Assembly (NCBI RefSeq): GCF_018977255.1
Contig: NW_024705459.1
Span: 1 to 42,868, forward strand
Reading direction: 5' to 3'
Origin: Callorhinchus milii
Taxonomy: Eukaryota
DNA length: 42,868 nucleotides
Shown here in pieces: positions 23,989-35,068 of this stretch. Within the stretch, counting starts at the first letter, position 1. Every line of letters starts with the position of its first letter. Position numbers and translations under genes: made by a program. The notes below the pieces were generated by a model that saw nothing but the letters and a program-made list of their open reading frames with translations, made no database searches and had not been told where the DNA came from.

Positions 23989-24553
23989 TCATGAAAAGTG
24001 TTGCGTCCTTGATCGAGTCCGCCTTGCCGGACCGTCGTACGGCACAGGACGCAGTTGGCCATCCGGCAGCGCCGGCAGTTCAGGGAGGCATGGGACAGGC
24101 ATCGGGGCTCCGTGCGAGCCCCGGGGTTCCGGTTCCCGACGGTCAACAGCCGTCAGGTCCGAGACACCTGGGGGTGGGTCAGGTGGAGACACGTGAGGAT
24201 CAGCCTGCGACACATCCCTCCCCGAGTCGACGGTCACATCCCACGCTCGGTCGTCACGGCACAACCCGGGGTCACGCGGCGCCGCGTAGGGTTTCAGTCG
24301 GGAGGGGTGCACGTACCAACGGCGTTTTCCCCATTTAATCTGTATACTCTGGGGTCGTGCAACCCGCACAATTTCCACCGGTCCCCTCCACGGTCTCAAC
24401 AGTTTGGGGGACGTAGCCAACGGTGCGTGTGGACAATGCAGCCAGGCTTTATCGCCCGGTTCCCAATTGTGCGTACGCACCTTCCGTTCATGCAATCGCT
24501 CGTTCGCGATCTGCCGAGAGCGTGAATTCAATCTCGCAGCCTCTCGCGCCTCC
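23989..24553 (-). CDS. Gag-Pol part 3: integrase C-terminus with GPY/F-like module
   Basis: GDKAWL...KLLRPWRGPVEIV...VHPSRLKPY; entered by a +1/-2 shift in a GGG run; no chromodomain recognised. Confidence 0.88.
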
Positions 24554-25935
24554 CAATTTGGCGATGTTAAACTTAATGTGGTCTGCCAATTTAGATTTTG
24601 CACGTGGCTGTGAAATCCCCAGTTGGACGTCCATGGCCGGATCAGCCTCCCGCCCATACATCAGAAAAAATGGAGAAAACCCCGTCGCCGCATGGGGTGC
24701 CATCCGATAGGCCGCTAGTACCCCCGGTACCTGTAAGTCCCAATCCACCTGGTCGTCGCATACCTGTTGGCACAGCATAGACGTAATCGTCCTGTTCAGA
24801 CGTTCAACCATACCGTCAGTCTGCGGGTGGTACGGGGAGGTACGTACTTTCTTCGTACCCAACAGGTCGCACACCTCGCGCAACAAAACACTCGAAAAGT
24901 TTTTCCCTTGATCCGTGAGCAAGCGTTCGGGGGCGCCTTTGTCCAAAACGTAACCTTGGACAAAGGCGTCCGCCACCGCCGCAGCCGACTGGTTGGCGAG
25001 TGGCCACGCCATGGGCCAGCGGGTGAAGTACTCTACGCCAACCAGCAGGAACTTATTTCCCCGAGGTGTGGTGGGAAAGGGCCCCAAGATGTCTAGCGCG
25101 ACCAATTCGTTCGTGCGCGAAACTTGAATGGATTGAAGCGGTGGATTAGCCGCTATTGGTGGCGGTTTTCTTTTAGCGCACCCTACACACCCCTTAAGAA
25201 TGTTCGCCACGTCACTGCCCATCCCAGGCCAATAGTAGTCTCGCTGAATGAGGGCGAGCGTTTTGTGAAACCCCAGGTGCATGAGTCGTTCATGGGCAGC
25301 CAGGACGACTTTACCCCGTACAGCAACCGGCACCACAAGCACGTGACGCCGGGACATGGAGTCCCACTTCATCAAGAGGCCCTGTCTGCACACCCAGGAA
25401 CCGACCCGCGTTTCCCCGCCCTCGGGAACGTTAACCTTCCGACGTAGCGCGAGTAGGGAGCTGTCGGCCATTTGCAGACGGCCCCACTCGATGAGAGGCA
25501 ATGCTAACAGCGAGTCCCTCCCCGTGGGGGCGTCGACCCCCGTCGTATCCGTGGCGGCTAGCACCACTTCCGCGGGAACATCGACAGAAGGTTTACACCG
25601 CGCCGATCCCAACTGACATGCGCATTCCGTACGCGTCGGCAACCGTGACAATGCATCCGCATTCGAGTGGCGCAACCCCTTGCGGTAAATCGTCGTGAAT
25701 TGGTAGTCCTGAAGGACCTCCAACCATCGGGACAATTGGCCGGATGGCTGCGCCACCCGCATAGCGTATTGGAGAGCCGCATGGTCCGTGCGAACCGTAA
25801 AGTGACGGCCATACAGATACGGCCTGAATTGCTGTATAAAAAACACGATCGCCAGCAATTCACGCCGTGTCACACAGTAGCGTTGTTCCGCGGGGGACAG
25901 AACCCTGCTACCGTAGGCGACCACCCGTTCGACCC
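24552..25935 (-). CDS. Gag-Pol part 2: RNase H and integrase (after a -1 shift in a G6 run at 25933-25938)
   Basis: VAYGSR..RELLAI..RTDH..NADALSR; HHCC zinc finger (H..H...GCVGC); D-D-E triad (LDILG, TDQG, VERLN). Confidence 0.95.
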
Positions 25936-28900
25936 CCCGACCACCTGTGAGAGCACTCCCCCGATACCCGTGTTACTGGCATCCGTGTCGAGCACAAACG
26001 GTTGCGTGAAATCGGGGTAACACAAGGGGGGAGCCTGCACCAAGGCGTCACGCAGGGAGCAGAACGCGGCCTCCTCCTCCGGCCCCCAGTGAAACCGCAC
26101 CCCTTTAGCCGTCAAGGCGTGCAGGGGCCTGGCTATGGTGGCAAACTGTTTGACAAAACGACGGTAATAGGAGGCAAATCCTATGAAGCTGCGGACTTCA
26201 GTAACAGAGGTCGGTGTTGGCCATGAGCCGACGCATTCCGTCTTAGCAGGGTCCGTCGAGATCCCCGAACGGCTAACGATATGGCCCAAATACCTGACCG
26301 ATTCCCGAAGCAGAAAACATTTAGCCGGTTTAAATTTAAGCTTCGCGGAACGCATCCTGAGAAACACTGCCCTCAGTCGCTGGAGGTGCTCCTCAAAAGT
26401 TCGGCTGAAAACGATGATATCGTCGAGGTAAATCAAACAGGTGTCCCATTGAAGGCCTGACAAAACCAATTCCATGAGCCTCTGGAACGTGGCAGGAGCG
26501 GAATGTAAACCCATGGGCAATCGGTTGAACTCAAATAGGCCTCCCGGTGTCCGGAAAGCGGTTTTAGGTTTTGATTCGTCATCGAGGGGCAATTGCCAAA
26601 ATCCCGAAAGCAAATCGAGCGTCGAAAAAAACTGTGCTCCTGCCAAGGCATCCAGCGACTCATCCATCCTGGGGAGCGGATACGCATCGGCCATTGATAT
26701 TTTGTTTAGGCGGCGGAAATCAACACAGAACCGCAGGGATCCATCCTGTTTTTTAACCAAGACGATAGGAGCACCCCACGGACTGGAAGAGGGCGCAATG
26801 ATGTCGGCCGCCAACATGTCATTTACTGCTGACTGCACATGCTCCTTCTCGGCTGGACTGAGCCGGAAGGGATTCTGTCGAATAGGGGCCGCATCCCCAG
26901 TCTCTATGTGGTGGCGCAACAGGTCTGTGCAGCCAATGTCGTACTTGTGCCTGCTAAACACGTCAGCGAACTCGAGCAGCAAGCCCCTCAATGCACCCCT
27001 CTGCACACTGGACAAGGTACTGGACCCGGCACACAACGAGTCCAACCACTCCGTCCCCTCCTCACTTTGGGGATGCGTATCGACATGCGAATCGGCGTGA
27101 GCAACGAGCTGTTCCTCGACGGGCAGCGGCGCGGCGTGAGCGAGCACCGTTCCCTGCGTAATCACGGCCGGCCGCGACCCCGTATTCAGGACCACAACGA
27201 ACGGCTCACTGTCCCCCCTCACCATGGTCTGGGCCACCGCTAAGTCGAGGTCCCCTTTAGCCCTGTTAGACGGCCCCAATAGAACTCCCTGCGCCCCCGC
27301 ATCCGCCCCAAGGGGTTTTCTCAACCGAAGGGGCACCAACATTTGCGATCCCGGGGGCACCCGTACAGTCCGGGTTGCCAGCGCCTGCACCGTCGCACAA
27401 GCCGTGCGTATCTTATTTGGACTCTTCAAAAACTCAACCCGCCGACCCGATGGAAGCTCAATGCAGGCCTGGTCTATGAGAATTTTTATGGGCATCTTAG
27501 ACAGAAAATCCGTGCCTAGTAAACAAGGAACGGCCAACGATGATGATACAAAAATAGGACCCGCCAATTTAATGTCGCCAATACAAATATTCGCCCGAAT
27601 CTGGCCGATGATTCCCAAAGATCCCCCGTTTGCCGCGTAAAACGGTACGTCCACCGGCAGAAGTGGTCGACATTGTACGGGAAGAATATTATAAATCAGG
27701 TCCGAAATAATAGTGGCCGACGCACCCGTGTCCACGAGCACCCGGACCTCAACCCCGTCAATGTACCCCGTTACCACGGACGACCCGGCCGACGCAGCCA
27801 CAATCCTGTGGGCTAATTCGGACCACTCGACTGCCTTCGGGCCGTACGCGGACCCCTCTCGCCGAACCGAACCCCCGGCGCCCATACCCGGTCCCCCCAC
27901 CGCTAAGCGGCGACCCGAATGTGCCGTGCTTGTGGACCGAACGTGTGAGGTGCCGCGACTTGCCGGGTTCAGTTGGGATGTCTTGAGTCCCTGGGCGTCG
28001 TCCGGACGTGGTCCCGCGGTGCGTTGACGCGGGGCCCGGCATCCCGACGCGACGTGGCCCCGAAGGCCGCAGTTGTAGCAGACGACGAGGGACGTCGTGG
28101 GTTTCGGTTGCTCCAGCTTGCGGGAGGAGCGTGTGGGCGAACGACCGCCCGTTCTCCACTCCCCCGGCCTCGAACCCGCGAAGGCCTCCTCCCGAGGCAC
28201 AGCAGGCTGAGGTCCGATGATCGTGGCGGCCGGTGCCCCGTTCTCCACCGATGCGCAGACGACCGTCGGCTTCCGCTGTAGGACCTCGTAAGCGTGGATA
28301 CTCGTGGCAATCCCCAGGGAGCAGATGTCCATCTCGTCCGCCGTATTAATGGGAACTCCCAATCCGTGAGCCAGCGCCAGCAGCTGCTCCGTCACCATGG
28401 CGTCCTTCCCCTCCTTGTCCATACGGGGAAAAGCTGAATCTGCCAGGGCGAGCAGCGCCGTGCGATAGGCGAGCGTTGTTTCTCCAACCACCTTCCGCCG
28501 ATCGTAGAACTGGTGGCGACAGGTCGAGGGCGGCCCGAACACCTTGGCCAACAGGTGCAGCGCGGCCTGGAGCGTTGAGCGGGACGACCTCGGGGCAGAC
28601 GTGAAGGCCGCAAGCGCGTCGTCGTCGAGCATCGCTGGCAGCGCGCGCAGGGCAGTGGTGTCGGACCACCCCGACATTTCTTGATGCGCGATGAACCGTC
28701 GCTGGAAGGCTCCCCAGTCGCCCCCGTCCGCCTTGAACACCGACAGCGCGGGCAATCGTTGCTGGAGAACTCGATCGTCGTCGTCGTCGTTGGAGCGATT
28801 TTCCCGCGCGCCGCTGTGGTTGTAGAAAATGTCGGCTCCCTCTGCAGGCGCAAAATGGAGAGCTCCGGCGCTCGCCGATGACGCGGGCTGCGCTGTGTGG

Positions 28901-29283
28901 AGACCTCTGGCCACGTGGTGTCCTCGTTTCCCGCCAAGCGGAGTCGGGCCCTCAAAAATGGCGCCAACTCCCAAACTTTTGGCGCGAAACGCCGTATGGC
29001 GGGAACCCTCCAGCCGCGCCGCCTCTTCCAACCCCGCAGGCGTTCCTCCGGCCGCTGGAACGGAGATCTCCGCCAAGATTGCAGCGGCGGCGAGCAGCAA
29101 CTCCGCCAGGCGGGAATGTGCGTCCTGCAGGCTGGTGTCGGAGGCGGGCGGAGCATCGGCCATTTCCGCGAAGTGCTGCATCGGCGGCAACTCCTCGTCC
29201 TCTCCTCCCGAGGGTGGTGTCACCGGTACGTCGTCGTCTCCCCGGTCTTGCACGTGGGAACGAGAAGTCTTCCTTGTGTCCAT
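25930..29283 (-). CDS. Gag-Pol part 1: Gag with CCHC knuckle, aspartic protease, RT, start of RNase H
   Basis: CYNCGLRGHVASGC; VLVDTGAS; LRFCVDFRRLN; YLDD; LDTDAS. Gag and pol are in one frame. Confidence 0.96.
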
Positions 29284-29303
29284 TTCTCCTTGAAGACAGG
29301 TTT

Positions 29304-29316
29304 ACTTCTGACGCCA
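29304..29316 (-). promoter_or_regulatory. Primer-binding site TGGCGTCAGAAGT (tRNA-Leu-like)
   Basis: Lies 2 nt inside the 5' LTR; one mismatch from TGGTGTCAGAAGT, the complement of a vertebrate tRNA-Leu 3' end. Confidence 0.8.
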
Positions 29317-29318
29317 GT

Positions 29319-30148
29319 TGTAAAGTAGTAACTCGGCAGGAGACGACTTCACGGGTAGCACACTCTTTATTTTCACCAACTTGTAGTTACACGGATGACT
29401 AACACCCTACTTCGTTACACGGGTGACCAACACCCACTTAGCTACACGGGTGACGGACACCCACTCAGCTACGACTTCGTTACACGGGTGACCAACACCC
29501 ACTTAGCTACACGGGTGACGGACACCCACTCAGCTACGACTTCGTTACACGGGTGACCAACACCCACTTAGCTACACGGGTGACCCACACCCACTCAGCT
29601 ACACGGGTGACTAACACCCACTCAGCTACACGGGTGACTAACACCCACTCAGCTACACGGGTGACTAACACCCACTCAGCTACACGGGTGACTAACACCC
29701 ACTCAGCTACACGGGTGACTAACACCCACTCAGCTGTACTGACACGGGCTCTTACGCCCCGTGCCGTCCGGGACACACCCAGCCGGGGTGCCCGTCTCGG
29801 CTCTGGGTACCACCGTCCCGACCCACACGGGCGTCGGACTACGGTCCCCCCAGTCTCGGCTCCGAGCCACACAGGGCCCCTATCTCCTCCACCCCGTCTT
29901 CGGTCTTCAACTGGTTAACACTGACCACGAGTGCTCTCGCGCGTCCCCCTTTATACCCCTCCTGCGGACGTCGCTGAGAGTACCCACTTATCTGACCAAT
30001 CACTGCGCACTCGCTACGATCCTCTCTTCCCAGCTTGTGTGAGCGCGCCTCACCACCGGCGCGCGCGTCCATGCCACGCCCACACTGCGTTCCCAACCCC
30101 GCGCCCCGTGATCCCTCACTGCCGGCGCACGTCAATACCACCACTACA
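29319..30148 (-). repeat. 5' LTR (830 bp)
   Basis: Near-identical to 22799-23629; TG/CA termini; adjacent to the PBS. Confidence 0.96.
29950..30000 (-). promoter_or_regulatory. LTR U3 promoter: CCAAT box and TATA (TATAAAG)
   Basis: TATAAA on the minus strand at 29950-29955 and a CCAAT box at 29996-30000, about 40 bp upstream. Confidence 0.7.
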
Positions 30149-30824
30149 CAAACATGACTCCTCGTAAAAAAAGGTGTCCGTTTTCTTGCCAGATAAAAGG
30201 GTAAAAAACCAATTATCATATTTTTTTTACTGGCAAATGAGGTACCAATGATGATATGGGTTATTGAGCTCGAGGTGCTGCCTGCCACAGGACGGACACT
30301 TGCCCAAAGCGTGCGTTGCAGTTAGCGGGTTCACGTTTTCTTTCGTAAGATTCTACACATGAATCAGAGGCATGACTGAAATGCAAAATTCAATCACCAG
30401 GAGATGAATCAATTAGCAGGCTTTGAATAATTCCACCCCGATTTTCATCCTTAACGTTACACGCTTTGCAAGGCAAATTGCCGTACTCGACTCACCGATG
30501 CTGGAGGTCATACTTTATGTCGTTCTTTCTGCTTTGTTTTGAGACAATGTATACAACCTTAGGCTGACCTTCCGAGTTGTATTTTTTTCCATCGGAGGAG
30601 GCTATAATAGATATAATTTTAGATATTGCTAACTGTAAACACATACTCCACTATATCTGTACCAAATGGAATCTCTGTTGCTTTTCTGGATCGCAAACTT
30701 TGAATTTACACATCCATCACAGCCCTTGCCTGAGCATCATTATAACTGTTCGTCAGCAACTCGGCCACGATCGCCGTACATTATGCCAGCACGTGTCACC
30801 GTTACGTTACTTGCTCAATCAGTT

Positions 30825-32392
30825 TAACACGTAGTAATAGGCTTTCGCGACGAATATCATCCATAATAGAGGTTGTTTTGGGTTAGATCGCGCAAACATA
30901 TAAACGTGTCGTTAAACCCGCCACCACCCGACACAGCCAACTAGTAAGGGTTGTCACGATAAGAGAACGTGGCCATCTTCTTGGTTCTTTCGGTAACATC
31001 ACGTAGAATGTGGCCGAAACGTCGTGAGAATTATTTTATTATGTTTTATTTTTATTATTTTATTATTTCCCTTCTACGCGACTTTACCGAAAGAACCAAG
31101 AAGATGAATCCCTGCAGTCACGAAAGCTTTAAATAGAAATTTAAATCAAAATTTAAATCGGCCGCCCTGTTTAATACTGCGGTTGTGTGTATGAACCGTA
31201 AACACACCACTGGTACTACTGCTGCTATGCACCGTCCGCTTCACTCACAGTCTCGATTAAAAACTCATTTCTTTGCAACTGCTGTTTGTGTTGAGTTTGC
31301 TGTTCTTCCCCCGCACCTCCGATTGTCACGGTTGGCTACGTCCGGTGCGAAAGAAGTTCAACGTACACATACATAGCAGTGGACGTGAAAGATGCTGTGA
31401 CGTCATTCGCAAGAATTACGCCGATGTGTGGTGACGACTTCACAGCCCCAAGTGAAACGATTGGGATTATAAATAGCGAACCATCGCCCCCCTCTCCCGC
31501 TGCCGCGAAAAACTTGGCAAGACGCTGCTGAAAATCAGCAACCTTGTGACCTCAGTTGGTTTCCCGGTCATGGCGAATACAGTTTGAGTCACGGGTGATA
31601 ATCTGAATCGCTTCCTGAGCCTCACCAATTCACGAACCTTGGTTGAAGCATGGTCAAACAATCAATCAACGCAGCAGTTGGAAGGCCGTCGTTCAACAAT
31701 GGGTTGACAAAGAGCCGCGAATTAAAATGATTTATATAAAATCTGTACGCATATTTTCCACGTGCTGAAATAAAGAAACTTGTCTTTGTACACAACGATG
31801 CCAACGTCATCCGATAATTTGACTGCCAAAAATACATGTAGTTAGTTGAGGCATTTACCCGATATTCATGAAGACACATTTACGATGCCCGTGACGGCTT
31901 GGGCAGTCCCTCATTCACAAGTGGATTCACCATGGCCGATGAAAATTATGATGATTAAACGGTATATAGCTATTAACCACCCATTCTCGCTCCACCGCTT
32001 TCCCATAGCAGCAGAACCAATAACGGTGGCACTACAATAACTCATATTGGCGCATCTGTTCACAATAACTTTAGGCGTTCTACGTTGCAGGCAGGGAACA
32101 CATATTTGAGAGGTTTAAATGCAATCTGGTCATTGAGTCATCGCCTGCCAAAAAGTCTAGCAAATGGTTAAAGACCGAAACTGGATGATTTCTACACAAC
32201 TCTGGCTGCCGCCTCATGAGGCTGGTTGTAATTACGGGCAAAACGTCATGCTCGTATTGTTAATGCTGTGGGTTTACGCTCCAACACACAAGCGGTGTGC
32301 TGTACTAGTAATGCATTTGACACGTTTTGTGTACGTCATAAACCTTACTAATCGGCTGTGTCGGGTGGTGGCGGGTTTAACGACACGTTTTA
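30825..32392 (-). mobile_element. Older, degraded second-family Penelope-like element with inverted ends, interrupted by other insertions
   Basis: 30901-30952 is the inverse of 32341-32392; decayed peptide EAIQIITRDSNCIRHDR at about 31560-31615; tail GTCGCGAAAGCCTA also found at 21981-22045. Confidence 0.55.
30974..31134 (+). mobile_element. Short Penelope tail insertion with inverted 5' arm and the 3' half of a hammerhead
   Basis: Near-identical to 32460-32585; arm 30974-31008 pairs with 31072-31106. Confidence 0.85.
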
Positions 32393-32585
32393 TCTTCTTG
32401 GTTCTTTCGGTAAAGTCACGTAGAAGAACTGTTCTTCACCTGAGGACGGCTGCTTGCGTTGTGGCCGAAACCTCGTGAGAATTATTTTATTATGTTTTAT
32501 TTTTATTATTTTATTATTTCCATTCTACGTGACTTTACCGAAAGAACCAAGAAGATGAATCCCTGCAGTCACGAAAGCTTTACAT
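32392..32585 (+). mobile_element. Short Penelope tail insertion with a 34-bp inverted 5' arm
   Basis: 32392-32425 is the reverse complement of 32523-32556; same tail as 22161-22270. Confidence 0.85.
32432..32481 (+). ncRNA. Minimal type I hammerhead ribozyme in a Penelope pseudo-LTR
   Basis: ttcttcac-CTGAGGA-c-ggctgc/gtggcc-GAAA-cctc-gtgagaa; stems I and II pair; GAAACCTC replaces the family GAAACGTC. Confidence 0.75.
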
Positions 32586-33504
32586 CGAAGGCCGCACTTG
32601 GCTGGCTGGCTGCTGCTGTTGCTGCTGCTCTCAGAACCTCGTGGTTCGAATTCCGTTGTCGTGCCGGAGGTGACAAGTACACGTTGAATGCATTCTCTTA
32701 AGTGGGGTATCATCATTATTATTATTGTGCAACTGACAAAACCCAGGGGATGTATAATGTCTTGGAAATAATTAAGGAGGGTCCAAACCCGAGCAAGCAG
32801 TTATGCCAATTGGTTACACGCAACTATATGCTACACTGAAAACGACTTCATTTGACCAGGTAAGGCCCCAACTTAGCTACGTAGTTCTTTTTTTTTCAGG
32901 AGCGACTTGGCCATCACAAACGATAGCCCAACGAAGTGGCTTACCGCGTGGAAATTTATTGCAGCTCAAACACTCCACGAAACGCGTGACGTTGATTCTA
33001 AATAGTCGCGGCGCAGGAAAAAGAAAGAAACCCCCACGCTCTGCCCGCAGAACACGAACCGTGACCACAAGGAGATGATTGGCCAGCCGCTTCGTAACTC
33101 TGACACAGGTGGCAAACAAAGACAAAGTTCCCCCGTGTAGCCTGTGCCAGACTGTTGGGGCAAGTGTTGTTAGCGAGCAGCAGCAGCTAGGAAGGCCGGG
33201 CACAGGTGGCACACGCAGCGTGGCGATGCTGTGCCGACTACCCTCGGAGCCCGTTCTGAACTCGAGTCTGGTTTTTAACATTCACCCAGTCATGGGCTAC
33301 GATGCACATGCCGATATTAATAGACGCACGCGGACAGCCGCCCTCGTCTCAATCCACTGCTAGATGAGGGCCACCCCACGGCCTGCAGGGCATGGACTAC
33401 GAGGTGGTGGTGGGGGGGGGGGTTGACCATACTTCACCACGCTGGAAGTGTGGGTTGGAGAAGATTAGGCGTAACGACACGGGAGCATAGAAGAACAGAA
33501 CAAT

Positions 33505-33595
33505 GGATTCATCTTTTTGGTTCTTTCGGTAAAGTCACGTGACTTTACCGAAAGAACCAAGGAGATGAATCCCTGCAGTCACGAAAGCTTTAAAT
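33505..33595 (+). mobile_element. Palindromic Penelope tail insertion with a 13-bp TSD
   Basis: 34-bp arms centred on TCAC|GTGA; AGAACAATGGATT at 33497-33509 and 33596-33608. Confidence 0.85.
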
Positions 33596-34269
33596 AGAAC
33601 AATGGATTTTGCTGCACTGCACTCTGCCTCCCACAACGTGGCAACACGCAGCCTATAACACCTATCATGCACTGCGGTCGCCCATTCAATTGCGCTATCC
33701 AGCCGCAGGACTGCTTAGCTTCTGAGGTCTTAACGAGATCGGGCGTAAAACCCCGTTGTTGTCCTGTACTTCTGTGCTCTCGCATCTATACCTCTCATCT
33801 TCACCAACCAGCACGAACCAGTGTGCTCAACTAACCCCCACGGCCCACACGGCGAGGGGTGGCCCTCAAACAGCCGTGGATTTGACAATGGGGTTCCACG
33901 TGGACATTTACAAACATGCCCGTGGCATACAGGGCGCGACATAAATTAACTGGCATCATTAGACGTAAGACACGTTGTGGCGGTGTCAAATACAAGAAAT
34001 TTAAAATGGATTTTGAATCGGGGGAAAAAAATGCCCGAAGGCTGACATCATTGCTTTCTGGAATTAAACTTCAACTGCTTAAATGTCACCAGCAAAAAAA
34101 AAGATTATCCACTGCGGTCAAAATATCCCCTTTCCTGAAACGTGAATCCGATGCGGTGTTTTTTTTTTTTTTAAACCAGTGGTGAGGGTTTCAGTTCACA
34201 ACTTACGGGACCTGGACTGGTAGTCACAGGAACAAAGCGTTGCTGTGACTACACATACAAGACAAAGAT

Positions 34270-34545
34270 CCCCCGTATAGCCTTAATAGATTGTTGGGGC
34301 AAGTGCTGTTAGCGAGCACCTATAAAAGCAAAAACGGTACACGAGGGGGGTGGGGTGGCCAGAACCACGCCCGGTCGCCTTTGTCTCCCTAGTGGCGATG
34401 TTTACACACCACACCAGGTACTCATTTGGGGCTGAGTCGACCTAGCAGAGGCCCAGGACCGGTTCACTGGTGTTGCCTGTGAGCAGGAATCGAACTTGGG
34501 TAGTCGGGTTCATAGCGCAGCGTGCCAACCGCTACACTACCGCTC
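34270..34545 (-). mobile_element. SINE family B copy
   Basis: Homology to 15570-15822. Confidence 0.8.
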
Positions 34546-34786
34546 ACCACTGTGACTACACACACACTCACACAGCCGATGACTTCGCTGAACAAAACCA
34601 CATCGGTGCTGGAAAAAAAAGCGGCACACAATTTTCATAAATTACTCATTGTTGACAAATGTTCAGAGGTTGGGCTATGATGCAGGCAGGAAGTGGCTTG
34701 GCATTGGAATGTCACAGGGTCTCGAACATACCTCAATGTCGTCTACCCTGCAACCAGGACACCCATGGAAGAGCCGAACAACTCAT

Positions 34787-35068
34787 TGTGGCGAGATGTT
34801 AACACCCTCGCCTGGTGTTCAGGAGGTCGTGGGTTTGAGCCCTCCGCTGTCGCTTGTATATTTGGAGTTTGCGTCTCTCTCTCCCCGTGGTTGCGTGGAT
34901 TTTTCTCCGGTTCCTCCGGTTTTTCCCTCCATATTTAGAAGCATGCGTTTGTAGTATTTGGCTGCTACAAATTTCCGCGTGATAAGCCACTCTGTTGAGC
35001 TATCATTTGTGGCCAGGTCGCTTCTAAACAAAATAGCCATATAGCTTCAGTGGGCTTTACCAGGTAAA
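34787..35068 (+). mobile_element. SINE family A, full copy
   Basis: Homology to 1370-1640 and 17036-17320. Confidence 0.85.

Larger units (their letters stand above)
22799..30148 (-). mobile_element. Full-length Ty3/Gypsy LTR retrotransposon
   Basis: Two TG...CA LTRs, PBS, PPT and gag-PR-RT-RNaseH-IN domain order. Confidence 0.98.

Noticed and set aside
25930..25940. Programmed -1 ribosomal frameshift
   Set aside because: It lies inside RNase H rather than at the gag-pol junction, and the G6 run is not a canonical X XXY YYZ slippery site.
26474..29402. Long alternative-frame and antisense ORFs over gag-pol (e.g. 254 aa, 208 aa)
   Set aside because: Shadow ORFs expected in GC-rich coding DNA; no motifs.
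29534..29918. ORFs with 9-aa repeats (VLVTRVAEW / TNTHSATRV)
   Set aside because: By-product of a stop-free 27-bp repeat; non-ATG starts; no protein similarity recognised.
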